Assembly: GCF_963921235.1 (NCBI RefSeq)
Contig: NC_086109.1
Location: 19,904,001 to 19,968,000, forward strand
Origin: Mobula hypostoma
Lineage: Eukaryota
Direction: 5' to 3'
DNA: 64,000 nucleotides
How positions within the stretch are numbered: the stretch's first letter is position 1; every line of letters starts with the position of its first letter. The notes beneath the pieces were generated by a model. It ran no database searches and had not been told where the DNA came from. It saw nothing but the letters and a program-made list of their open reading frames with translations. Below are positions 22,428 through 33,792 of the stretch, piece after piece. A program made the translations under genes and the position numbers.

Positions 22428-23465
22428 CAGTCCATGAAGGAGGCCGGAGATGGGCTCCAGGATCAGATGAATTGTATGATGGGCGCTCTTCAGGAACTGA
22501 AAATTCTCCAAGTGCAGACAGCTCTGGAACAGCTGGAGATTTCGGGACTGCGGAGCCAACCGCCATCCATCATCCCCCGCCAGCCACGGCCGAGGAATGG
22601 GAGAGAGGACGCCAAGATCAGGCAGTGCCTGCAGGGCACCAGGCTGGAGGAGAAACCCGGCAAGCCCGGCGGCAGTGGTGCCGTCCCTCCAGCGAGCGAC
22701 GTCTCCTTATCCAGGCCGGCCGATAAGCCTGTGAGCGGCTGGTCAGGGGGTTACCTGAAGGAGGCATCCCGTCGAGAGGTGCCGACGTCGGCGACGTCCT
22801 CCGGGGCTTTAGACTGTTTGAGGGACGGACCGGCATCGCCCAGAGTTGACCTCGGTCAACAAGCGGTTCCATCAACAGAGAAACGCCGGCTTTCAGCGGC
22901 CAGCAAGACGGTCGGTGAGACAACCCAAGCCAGCGAGGGCTCCAACGATTGGACCTCATCTCTGCTCTCTCAGAGCAGGAACAGGCAGCCCCTCATTCTA
23001 GGGGACAATGTCTTCGCAGACTTGGTGGGCAACTGGTTGGACTTGCCCGAGCTGGAGAAGATATCGCAGGCCGCCCCTGTGGAGGGTAGGGGTCGACAAG
23101 ATCACGTCCCCATTATCAGCAAGTCTCAGGAATTCCAGAAGAAGTTAACGCTCACGGCCAATATCTTCAAGAAGCTGCTGAGGAGCGTGCGGCCAGACAA
23201 GGGCAAGCGAGCCCAGGCGATGGCCGCGAACCCATCGGAATCCATCACTAAGCGATCCAGCAAGGCGTCTAAGCAAAAGGTGACATTTTACTTTGCATTG
23301 CGAGGCAATGGCACGCCAGCCAGTCGGCCCCTGGACGGCGCTGGGAGTGGCACCACCATACCAGAGGAACACAATCACCGAGCCCACACTTGCACCAGGA
23401 AGCTGGTCCAGCCTGTGACGGGCAAACACTCTCAATTTGACTACAACACAGTGGTTTGGGTCTGA
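22428..23465 (+). CDS. INKA2: INKA2 (PAK4 inhibitor, FAM212B) coding exon 2; spliced product about 357 aa
   Basis: Acceptor ttgacag|CAG TCC ATG. The protein contains SMKEAGDGLQDQMNCMMGALQELKILQVQTALEQLEISG, the Inka box DWTSSLLSQSRNRQPLILGDNVFADLVGNWLDLPE (22947-23051), LTANIFKKLLRSVRPD and the C-terminus FDYNTVVWV, all characteristic of INKA2. Uninterrupted GC/CpG-rich ORF. Confidence 0.96.
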   Translation, partial: QSMKEAGDGLQDQMNCMMGALQELKILQVQTALEQLEISGLRSQPPSIIPRQPRPRNGREDAKIRQCLQGTRLEEKPGKPGGSGAVPPASDVSLSRPADKPVSGWSGGYLKEASRREVPTSATSSGALDCLRDGPASPRVDLGQQAVPSTEKRRLSAASKTVGETTQASEGSNDWTSSLLSQSRNRQPLILGDNVFADLVGNWLDLPELEKISQAAPVEGRGRQDHVPIISKSQEFQKKLTLTANIFKKLLRSVRPDKGKRAQAMAANPSESITKRSSKASKQKVTFYFALRGNGTPASRPLDGAGSGTTIPEEHNHRAHTCTRKLVQPVTGKHSQFDYNTVVWV

Positions 23466-23794
23466 ATCCAGTTCCTGGCGACACAAATGAACGAATTTGC
23501 ACTTAATTTCTCTGCCACGTTTCACAGCTCCCTCTCCCAACTGTTTACAGTACATTTTTATCAAAATTTTTTTTGTTGTTTGAATGGTTGAGTGTCCAGA
23601 TTGAATTGTATCAAGACTATTTAATGGGTCATTGGTGGATGAAATATGTTCACACTTGATACTTTTTACGTTTGTTGGAAGATTTATACCTGAACTGTGA
23701 TATCTCATCTGGTAACTCAGCCTTAAGGTTATGGAACCTTCCATCACATCATCCACAGGGACATCGGGTGCACTATCATGTAATTGGTCCTTTA

Positions 23795-24612
23795 GAACAT
23801 AGAACATAGAGTAGTACAGCACACTACAGGCCCTTCGGCCCACATTGTTGTGCCGACCCTTAAACCCTGCCTCCTATATAACCCTGCACCTTAAATTCCT
23901 CCACATACCTGTCTAGTAGTCTCTTAGATTTCACTAGTGTATCTGCCTCCACCACTGACTCAGGCATTGTATTCCACGCACCAACTACTCTCCGAGTAAA
24001 AAACCTTCCTCTAATATCCCCCTTGAACTTACCACCCCTTACCTTAAAGCCATGTCCCCTTGTATTGAGCAGTGGTGCCCTGCGGAAGAGGCGCTGGCTA
24101 TCCACTCTATCTATTCTTCTTAATATCTTGTATACCTCTATCATGTCTCCTCTCATCCTCCTTCTCTCCAAAGAGTAAAGCCCCAGCTCCCTTAATCTCT
24201 GATCATAATCCATATTCTCTAAACCAGGCAGCATCCTGGTAAATCTCCTTTGTACCCTTTCCAATGCTTCCACATCCTTCCTATAGTGAGGCGACCAGAA
24301 CTGGACACAGTACTCCAATTGTGGCCTAACCAGAGTTTTATAGAGCTTCATCATTACCTCACAACTCTTAAATTCTATCCCTCGACTTATGAAGGCTAAC
24401 ACCCCATAAGCTTTCTTAACTACCCTATCTACCTGTGAGGCAACTTTCAGGGATCTGTGACCATGTACCCCCAGATCCCTCTGCTCCTCCACGTTACCAA
24501 GTATCCTCCCATTTACTTTGTACTCTACCTTGGAGTTTGTCCTTCCAAAGTGTACCACCTCACACTTCTCCAGGTTGAACTCCATCTGCCACTTCTCAGC
24601 CCACCTCTGCAA
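23795..24612 (-). mobile_element. Young 5'-truncated CR1 LINE with an uninterrupted 250-codon ORF2 C-terminus
   Basis: WAEKWQMEFNLEKCEVVHFG...LYKTLVRPQLEYCVQFWSP...FFTRRVVGAWN; (TTCTATG)n tail; probable TSD CCTTTA (23789-23794 and 24613-24618). Confidence 0.95.
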
Positions 24613-24914
24613 CCTTTATGTCCTTCTGAGTCAGATACTATTCACCAGTTAGCAGCAGACAGGTGCACAGGCTGATTGGGCTCACAGAGACCCAAGGGCT
24701 TGTGAGTGTCCCATGTTTTGATCCATTCCATCTGATGAGAGGCCCTGAGCTTGCAGCATTGGGTTGAACTTGAGTCCTCCCTTAGTCGCCCATCTCAGGG
24801 TTGCTGAATCCAGAGCAGAAATGGGACCACAAAATCTCTATGGTGCCAATGAGGGAATAACCCAGTAACACATGGGATTTTCGACCGCCACACTTTGTCT
24901 GCAACAAAGCTTTC

Positions 24915-25530
24915 ATGGAACATTACAGCACAGTATAGGCCCTTCGGCCCATGATATTGTGACAACCTTTTATCCTACTGTAAGATCAATCTAACCCTTC
25001 CCTCCTACATAGTGCTCCATTTTTCTATCATCCATGTGCCTATCTAAGAGTTTCTTAAATATTCCTAATGTATCTGCCTCTATCAGCACCCCTGGTAGAG
25101 CGTTCCAAGAACCCACCACTCTTTGTGTAAAGAACTTACCTCTGACTTTCCTGAAATCACCTTAAAATTATGCCCCCTTCCATCAGCCATTTCTACCCTG
25201 GGAAAAGTCTCGGGCTATTCCCTTGATCTATGTCTCTTATCTTCTCATATACATCTATCAAGTCACCTCTCTTCCTCCTTCGGTAGAAAGAAAAGAGCCC
25301 TAGCTCGCTCAGCCTATCTTTATAAGATATGCTCTTTAGTGGAGGCAACATCCTGGTAAATCTCTGCTCTCTCTAAAGCTTCCATTTCCTCCCTATAATG
25401 AGGCAACCAGAACTGAACACAAGTGTGTTCTGCTACACTACCTCGCAGTTCTCGAAGCGAGTCCCCTTACTAATGAATGTCAACACACCATACACCTTCT
25501 TAACAACCTTCTCAACCTGCGTGGTGACTT
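24915..25530 (-). mobile_element. Older CR1 3' fragment
   Basis: Degenerate homolog of 23795-24450 with the same 3' UTR layout. Confidence 0.8.
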
Positions 25531-28309
25531 TAAGGCTCTCCTCTTGCTATTCCTGCCAATTCCCATTTGACGGCTTAGTCCTGTTTAACAAAACCAGTGG
25601 ACATGTTCTCAATGTCACATGGTGGTGTGACTGCTTCATCCGACGAGTGTGAGTATTCTGTAACCCGTGAACAAGTGAGATGAAGCATTAGATTTTGGCT
25701 TTTACTTAGAACTAATTTGACTGTTTATATCTGGATGTAGTGTGTAATGTGAGGTGTTATGCCAAGTAATATCCTGGCCTTTGGTTGAGTGTGTTCTCCA
25801 TGGGGGACACAGAGCTAGATGATCTAATAAATGTTGATTGTGCCCCCATGTTTAAACAAGGCTGATTGATCTTTTAAGTGCTATTGAGAATCAGTTACAG
25901 AGGGTAATATGCCTTGCCTATTCTTGTTCTTTTTTTTGAAGCTTATTCACTCTTGTTCCTTAAGGCTGTTATAGCTGGTGGGGCTGGGGGTACTGAAGAT
26001 AAGCTCCTACTACCTATTAAATGTTCACAGTGGTGTGTGTCTCGCATAGCCTCTGACAACCAAGTCCATCTCCTGGTCTTCACGTATGGCTCAGCCACTA
26101 AGCCCAGTGGAACCATACTACAGAACGGAGAATGGGCAAAGGTGGGTTACTTGCGTCTTAAAATCAGGCTCATCAGCTATAGTTGGCAGCTCATCCAGGA
26201 GAAGGAAATCTCTGATCTGCCTTGCAGCTATACCAACTTTGGTAGTAAACCCTAAGGAAAAATCCAGAGCTAGAGTCCCTAAGGCAATCCCACATTCAGT
26301 TCAAAGCTGTCTGGCAATTCCTGTGGCACCTCTGATGCCAAACTGTAATGGTCTCTGCCGTTCCTTTGGATTCATCAGCTGCGTAAAGTCCCCCCCACCA
26401 CTGCATGGGCAATAGCTCACTCTCCATCTCGTACTGCCATGGCTTGCGTTACTGTATTGCGTTTCAATTTTGACAGCTATGACACAATGCCCATGGTCAA
26501 CCCTAACCTACAGAGGGCCATCAGTCAATGAATCCCTTTGGCCTCTGATTCAGTATTCTCTGACTATAAAAATGTATTTCTCATGTTGGAATGCCTCCAT
26601 GGCCTTCTCAATCCCTTCCTCTGAAACCCCCTTCAACTTGCACTCTCCTAATTCTTACACACATTTAGTTTTATTTTATTTAGAGATACAGCAGGGTAAT
26701 AGGCCCTTCCAGTCCAACAAGCCCACACCGCCCAATTTCACCCATGTGAGCAATTAACCTTCTAACCCATATTTCTTTGGAATGTGGGAGGAAACGGGAG
26801 AAGTTGGAGGAAACCCACGCAGTTGTGGGTAAAACATACAACTCCTTATAGAGAGCAGAGGGAAATGAACGTGTGCTGCTGGCACCGTAATAGTGTTACG
26901 CTAACTTCTAAACTACCGTGCCATCCCTATGCTACCGGGACACTTTCATCCAGATCTCCCCACTGACAGCCTCAACCCTAGCTTAAAGATTATCTGCAGC
27001 TTTTAAAAAATCAGCTTTATTTGTAGCACGTGCATTTGTAACGCATACAGTTAAATGTGCCATTTTGCATCAATGACCATCACAGGATTTTGCAGCGCGC
27101 AACCTGCAAACGTCGCCATGCTTCGGGCACTAAAATAGCATGCCCACCACACACTAACGCTAACCCTAACCTGTACGCCTTTGGACTGTGGGAGGAAACT
27201 GGAGCACCCGGAGAGAACCCAGGTGGTCACAGGGAGAACGTACAAACTTACAGACAGCAGCAGGGATTGAAGCCCGAATTAGTTTCTCGAATTTCCTCCT
27301 AAACCATATTGCCTCTCCCTCTTTACTAATTTGGCATTGTGTTCAGCACGGGGACTATGTGAGCCATAGGGCCTGTTTTGTGCTGTACTGTTCTACGTTC
27401 TATGTACAATGCTTCTTAAAAAATCTCCAGCCACTGCATTACTAACATATCCTAATGATTCCTCTGATGTTTTAGGCTGGAAATGCTCTTGAGACATTTT
27501 GAAGTGTTGAAGACATTAAGTAAATATAAGAGATAGTTATACTGGAAATCTGACAGTGCTCACTGATCCTTTTGTTCTGCTGGTTCTAACCCACTCGACA
27601 CTGGAAATGACAGGAAATGAAAATCCACCCGTACTTCACTTAAAGCCTGTAAATAAATAATTCATATATCTCATTGAGCAAGAGATGAGTTTGATTCTGA
27701 AGTTATTTCTAGGATTATTGGTCACACAGGAGTCAGTGCAGTGGGAGATTTTTGTATACCCACAAACCAAATCTGTGCATGGTGGAAAGATTGAAAAACT
27801 CGGATTATTTTTGGAGCACAGTGGAGATATAACGTAGGTGCTGAGAACTGAAGGGTATTGAGAGATAGGAATAAACTGTTTTTGGAGAGGTTAATAATTA
27901 TTTTTCTGCAAGGAATTAGTCACATACTTGGATAGGGTGATACGGTAGCCAAGCAGTTACTGCAATGCTTTAAATCACCAGATGTAAGAATAGGATTCTG
28001 GAATTCACTGAACACCTACGCTCTGGCCGCCAGAGAATGCAGGATCTCCCAGTGGCCACACATTTTATTCCCACGTCCCATTCCCATTCTGATATGTCCA
28101 TCCATGGCCTCCTCTACTGTCAAGATGAAGCCACACTCAGGCTGGAGGAACAACACCTTATATTCCAACCTCCAACCTGATGGCATGAACATTGACTTCT
28201 CTAACTTCTGTTAATGCCCCACCTCTCCTTCGTACCCCATCCGTTATTTATTTATTTATTTATTCCCCTTTCTTTCTCTCTCTTTTTTCTCCCTCTGTCC
28301 CTCTCACTA

Positions 28310-28740
28310 TATATAACAACCATATAACCATATAACAATTAAAGTACGGAAACAGGCCATCTTGGCCCTTCTAGTCTGTGCCGAACTCTTACTCTCACCT
28401 AGTTCCACCGACCTGCACTCAGCCCATAACCCTCCATTCCTTTCCTGTCCATATAGCTGTCCAATTTTACTTTAAATGACAACATTAAACCTGGCTCAAA
28501 CACTTTTGCTGGAAGCTCGTTCCACACAGCTACCACTCTCTGAGTAAAGAAGTTCCCCCTCGTGTTACCCCTAAACTTTTGCCCTTTAACTCTCAACTCA
28601 TGTCCTCTTGTTCGAATCTTCCCCACTCTCAACGGAAAAAGCCTATCCATGTCAACTCTATCTATCACCCTCATAATTTTAAATACCTCTATCAAGTTCC
28701 CCCTCAACCTTCTATGCTCCAAAGAATAAAGACCTAAATC
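28310..28740 (-). mobile_element. CR1 3' end nested in the Penelope element
   Basis: ORF 28399-28722 (RRLRGNLIEVFKIM...GNFFTQRVVAVWNELP); tail of CAACCATATA-like repeats. Confidence 0.9.
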
Positions 28741-28936
28741 TTCCTCTGCCCTCCCCCTTTCTTTCTCCCTAGGCCTCTTGTCCCATGATCCTCTCCTTTC
28801 TCCAGCCTAGTATCCCTTTTGCCAATCAACTTTCCAGCTTTTAGCTCCAACCCTCCCCCTCCTGTCTTCTCCTATCATTTCGGATCTCCCCCTCCCCCTC
28901 CTACTTTCAAATCCCTTACTACCTCTTCTTGCAGTT

Positions 28937-28972
28937 AGTCCTGACGAAGGGTCTTGGCCCGAAACGTCAACT
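28937..28972 (+). ncRNA. Minimal type I hammerhead ribozyme motif (Penelope-associated)
   Basis: AGTC-CTGACGA-A-GGG(TCTTGG)CCC-GAAAC-GTC-AACT: core intact, one mismatch at the base of stem I. Confidence 0.65.
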
Positions 28973-30799
28973 GTACTTCTTCTGGTAGATGCTGCCTGGC
29001 CTGCTGCATTCCACCAGCATTTTGTGTGAGATCATAATGAAATTAGTAGGGGCTTTTAGGAATACTCTGCCAGCTGGCATTGACTCGATGGGCCGAAATA
29101 CCTCTCTCTCCTTCATGAGAAATAAATTGAGAAATATAAACATGGTTCAAAATAGGCCATTAAAACCTATTGTAGTTGTAAAACTCAGATCCTAGCAGTC
29201 TGTTTCTAGGTTAGTCTCTGGGGCACAGCTGTTGACATAATTCAAGTTTCTGATGAGCCCAGTCTTTCACACAGTCACCATCTGGTTCATCTCTTCACCA
29301 CGCTGTGAAAACTTGCAGCTAAGTCTGAACCTGTTCAGCAGAGAGTGGGAAGGCTGTGCCAAGGGGGGCCAATTCTGGACTAACACATTCCTGGAGAATT
29401 CTTTTAAGGTTCTTCCCATCCAGTCTACAGGTCCATTCAAGAGCCTTTCCCGTCTGCCACTGCTTGCATAAAATTGTAGGAGCAGGATTCCGAGGCAAGA
29501 GTCCAATACAATAAACCATAACACACATGCAAACATTATCTATTCAATGTTGATGGGCAAGTTATAGAGCAACTGCACATGATATACTTGACAGTAAGTG
29601 TATTGAATGGACTGGCTGGCGGACTCGAAGGTTTAGAGTTTATCAATCTGATCCTTTAGGTCCCAGCTGTTCACCTCATGGCTCACTTCCCAGTTTTAGT
29701 AACACTTGAGTTGGGAAACAAACCAGGTCCTTTCCTTGGAAACCTAATCTTGGAAGTAAGAATGCTACCAGCTGGCTGACATCGCTGCTTTGCTCCACAT
29801 TTCACACAGTATCCATCCCACACCCAGCCCCATATTTATCCTGTACCTAACTGCAACAGGAACCAGACTATCTGTTCAGGATCACATTGCGGCCCCGGGA
29901 GCTTTCTGTGCACAAAATGACAGCCTTAGTTCCTGCATTACAACAGTGACTACATCTTAAAAAAATACTAGTTCGGCTGTGAAGCACTCTGGGATATCTG
30001 AGTTGTCAAAGAAACTTTATAACTTAAAGTTTTCCTTTCTCACGTTCCAAGTAAATAAGTAAAAAATCATGTTTATAAGGGTCTCCTTCACAATCCTAGA
30101 GACCTGCTGAAGGGGGCATGTGAGTGCACAAGCATTGACGAAGCATGAGACTGGCCCTTCAGCTGGAATTTATTTTACTTTATTTTTATTATTTGGAGAT
30201 ACAGCACGGTAACAGGCTCTTCTGGCCCAATGAACCCAAGCCCACTCAGTTCATGTGACCAATTAACCTAGTAACCTGCACATCTTTAGAATGAAACTGG
30301 AGCACCCGGATGAAACCTATACGGACATGGAGATGGTGTACAAACTCCTTACAGACAGCAGTGGGAATTGGCCTTCATTATCCAATAACCTGATGACTCT
30401 AGAAGTCCCTGAGCTGATCCGATTGTGAACGAACACACAGACTTTTAAACCTTACAAAACCAACAGGCTGGAAGAAACTATCCGGACCATAAGCTTGTCC
30501 AAAATTGCTCTGTACCCAGTACACCATGACAAAGCCTGATGCGGGGTCTCCTCCCGTCATTCATGGGGGGTGCACAGTGTGGGAGGGGAATCGAAAAGTA
30601 AGGCTATAACAAATTTGGAGATTGTTGTGAGGCAAGAGGCGGTAAAACTTGATTAAAATTAAATTGATATATTCTGGTATAAAAGCAGGGAGCACAAATA
30701 GCTCAATATCTGGTCTCAGTTCAGAACAAATGCATTCATCAATTCTGAGAATTCATAACTTCTCAATATATTTATATTCCTTCGTTCCAATGACTAGAT

Positions 30800-32150
30800 C
30801 ATCCCTTCATGCACCCATGCTGAGGTTGGAAATTTCATCAACTTTGCCTCCAATTTCCACCCTACCCTTAAATTCACTTGGTCCATTTCTGGCACCTCTT
30901 TCCCTTTCTCAACCTTCCTGCCTCCATCGCTGGAGACAAACTGTCGACCGATTTTATAAACCTACCGATTCCCACGCCTATCTTGACTATACCTCTTACC
31001 ACTCTGTCTCCTGTAAAAATGCTATTCCCTTTTCTCAGTTCCTTTATCTGTTCCAAGGATGAGGCTTTCCTTTCCAGGACACCAGAGGTGCCTTCCTTCT
31101 TCAAAGGATGGGTTTTCCTTTCCTCCGCCATTGATGCTACCCTCACCCGCATCTCCTCCATTTCCCAGACATCTACACTCACCCCATCATGCATTAACAG
31201 GGATAGAGTTCTTCTTGTCCTCATCGACCACCCCATGAGCCTCCACATCCAACACGTCATTACCCGCAATTTCTGTCATCTTCAATGAGATCCTACTACA
31301 AAACACATCCTTACCTCCCCGCTCACCCCCCACTCTCTGATTTCCACATCCGTGCCTCCCCACTAATCTCCCTCTTGGCACATAGCGCTGTAAGCAACAG
31401 AAATGCTACACTTGCCCATTCACCTCCTCCTTTACTTCCAATCAGACACCCAGAAGTCCTTCCAGGTGAGGCAACACTTCACTTCACGAGTCTGTTGGGG
31501 TCATCTACTGTCTCCAGTGCTTTCGATGCAGCCTCTTCTATATTAGTTAGACCTGACATAAATTGGGGACCGTTTTGTTGAGCACCACCTCACCATCAAT
31601 CAAGAGCAAAATTTCCCAGTAGCCAACCATTTTAATTCCTATTCCCATTCCTGTTCAGACATGTCGGTCCATGGCCTCCTCTTTTGCCATGATGAGGCCA
31701 CTCTCAGAGTGGGGGAGCAACACCTATATTCTGTCCAAATAGACTCCAACCTGATGGCATGAACATTGATTTCTCCTTCCAATAACCTTCTTTTTTCTGT
31801 TTTTTTTCTCTCTCTCTTTACTTTCTCCCACCTTTTCCATTCCCCACTCCAGCCTCTTACCTCTTCTCTTCACCTGCCTATAACTTCCTCTGGTGCCCCT
31901 CCTTCTTCCCTTTCTCCCTTGGTCCATTCTCCTATCCTATCAGATTCCTTTTTTCTCCAGCCCTTTACCTTTCCTACCCACCTGGTTTCTCTTAGGGCTT
32001 TCTTACTTGCCCTCCTTCCCCTCCCCCTACCACCTTTTTATTCTAGCACCTTCCTCTTTCCTTTCTAGTCCCAGTGAAAGGCTGCGGCCCGAAACGTCGA
32101 CTGTTTATTCATTTCTGTAGATGCTGCCTGACCTGTTGGGTTGTGTCCAT
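30800..32150 (+). mobile_element. Degenerate Penelope-like element (RT C-terminus, GIY-YIG, pseudo-LTR)
   Basis: FYKPTDSHAYLDYTSYH..SCKNAIPFSQFL, DRVLLVL..HP.SL.IQHVI.RNF.HLQ, GIY-YIG remnants and a mutated hammerhead at 32067-32102; many frameshifts. Confidence 0.88.
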
Positions 32151-33507
32151 TGCTCTGGGTAATCCCTAATATAGAATAATGTGACATGATCAGGACTTGG
32201 CCCGTCCATTGCTTTAGGTCCTTTGTCCAAAAGCTAAGGGCAGTTTAAAAGCCATGGTACTGTCGTTTGAACCTAGTGTAAGCAGACGTTCCTCTCTTCT
32301 GAAGGGTCCCTTGCTCTCGATGTAACATGATGTGTATTTATTAGTAAAAAATGTAATGTGAGCCTTTGTCATCTGTTCAGGGAGATCTCCTGAGTTTCTG
32401 CTTGAGTAACTGCAGGAGGTTAATATAATCAACTGTGCATTTGTTACAAAGGAGAGACAGAGCTCCTTAGATCGTGCAGCCTGATATTTCTGAGCTGCCA
32501 AAGCCCAGACATTAACCACCCAATTAATATTACAGTGACACCATGGTAATTACTGGCTTTTAATGGAATGAGTGGCAGAATCAGAAGGGGGTTTCCCCAA
32601 AGGGCAGTAACCTGGGCAATGTGAAGGCAAGCAAGGGGACACAAAGGCTGCTGATTAAAATAATGCTATGTCAACCCTTATTAAAGCACTAACCTTTGAA
32701 CTTGTATTTCTCAAAATTATTGAAGCAAAAGCATTCATGATGGTTCTCAGCTCTTAGCGCTCGGATGCATACACCCAAGTATATTCATAGGGCATAGTTC
32801 GGAATATCAGTCCTAATTACCTGTAGCGAAATTCTATTTTTTATTGTTTGGGATTCTGGAGATGTCACCAGTGATTTAACAATTACATGTTGCCATTACT
32901 GTGTTCCCCCCCCAACCCCCCCCCCCGTGATAACTAGAAGCTGGTCGAGCTTGTGTTATTCCACTGCACTGTAAATCGTTTCTAATCTCCAATATCGTAT
33001 TTTCAAATGTCAGCACAAAGATTGGGTTTAGTCAACTGCCATACCCAATGGGAAATCAAGAGGTCAATTCTGTCATAGACTGCTATTGATATTCTATAGT
33101 AGACATTGATCTGCCAGTGCTGTTTTAAGAATTTGGGCAGTCACTGACCCAGAGATGATTGTTTGATATAGGTAGTAACAGAAGCATGTTACCATGCAAT
33201 TTTCATCTTATGGTGTTTGCAGAGCTTCACACACAATCCCGTATCTTTGTACAATGTCATACCCTTCGTTTCAGTCTTGTCATACATTTAGTTACTGAGA
33301 CCATTCTGGAAGCACTGCTGTTGCTTTGCAAGCAGCAGGCTTCCACAAGCAGCACTGTGAAGATTGCTGAATTTTTGTTAAAGAGAAATAGTTAAAAAGC
33401 AGAAACACTCAGCAGGCCAGGCAGCATCTACAGAGAGAGGGGCAGAGTTAACTTTTCAAGTCAATGTGAAGTTGTCAGATTAACGATGAGCTCCTGAAGT
33501 ATGCCTA

Positions 33508-33792
33508 ATCACAAGAAATCTGCAGGTGCTGGAAATCCAAAGCATTACACACTAAATTCTGGAGGAACTCAGTAGGTCAGACAGAACCTATGGAAATGAT
33601 TAAGCAATCGACATTTTGGGCTGAAACCCTTCTTCAGGACTGAAAAAGGGAGCGGGCAGATGCCCCACCTTTTTTATTTTGGTGTCCTTTCCCTTCCTTT
33701 TCAGTCCTGAAGGAGGGTGTTGGCCCAAAACGTCGCCTGTTTATTCATTTCCATAGATGTTGCCTGACCCGCTGAGAACCACCAGCACTTTA
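33508..33792. mobile_element. Palindromic Penelope-derived mini-element, apparently nested in an older one (about 33395-33900)
   Basis: Inverted arms centred near 33660, each with a degenerate CAGTCCTGAAG.AGGG...CCCAAAA.GTCG hammerhead-like stretch. Confidence 0.72.

Larger units (their letters stand above)
28000..29030 (+). mobile_element. Penelope-like element 3' part (GIY-YIG C-terminus plus pseudo-LTR), split by a CR1
   Basis: FTEHLRS...DLPVATHF...HSHSDMSIHGLLYCQDEATLRLEEQHLIF...LQPDGMNIDFSNF; pyrimidine-rich UTR; hammerhead motif at 28937-28972. Confidence 0.85.

Noticed and set aside
23145..23843. 232-aa minus-strand ORF (and 22618-22959)
   Set aside because: Antisense shadows of the GC-rich INKA2 exon; the longer one starts in a CR1 tail. 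No recognisable protein.
23860..24612. 250-aa ORF as a host gene
   Set aside because: It is the C-terminal part of CR1 ORF2, 5'-truncated, without a real start codon.
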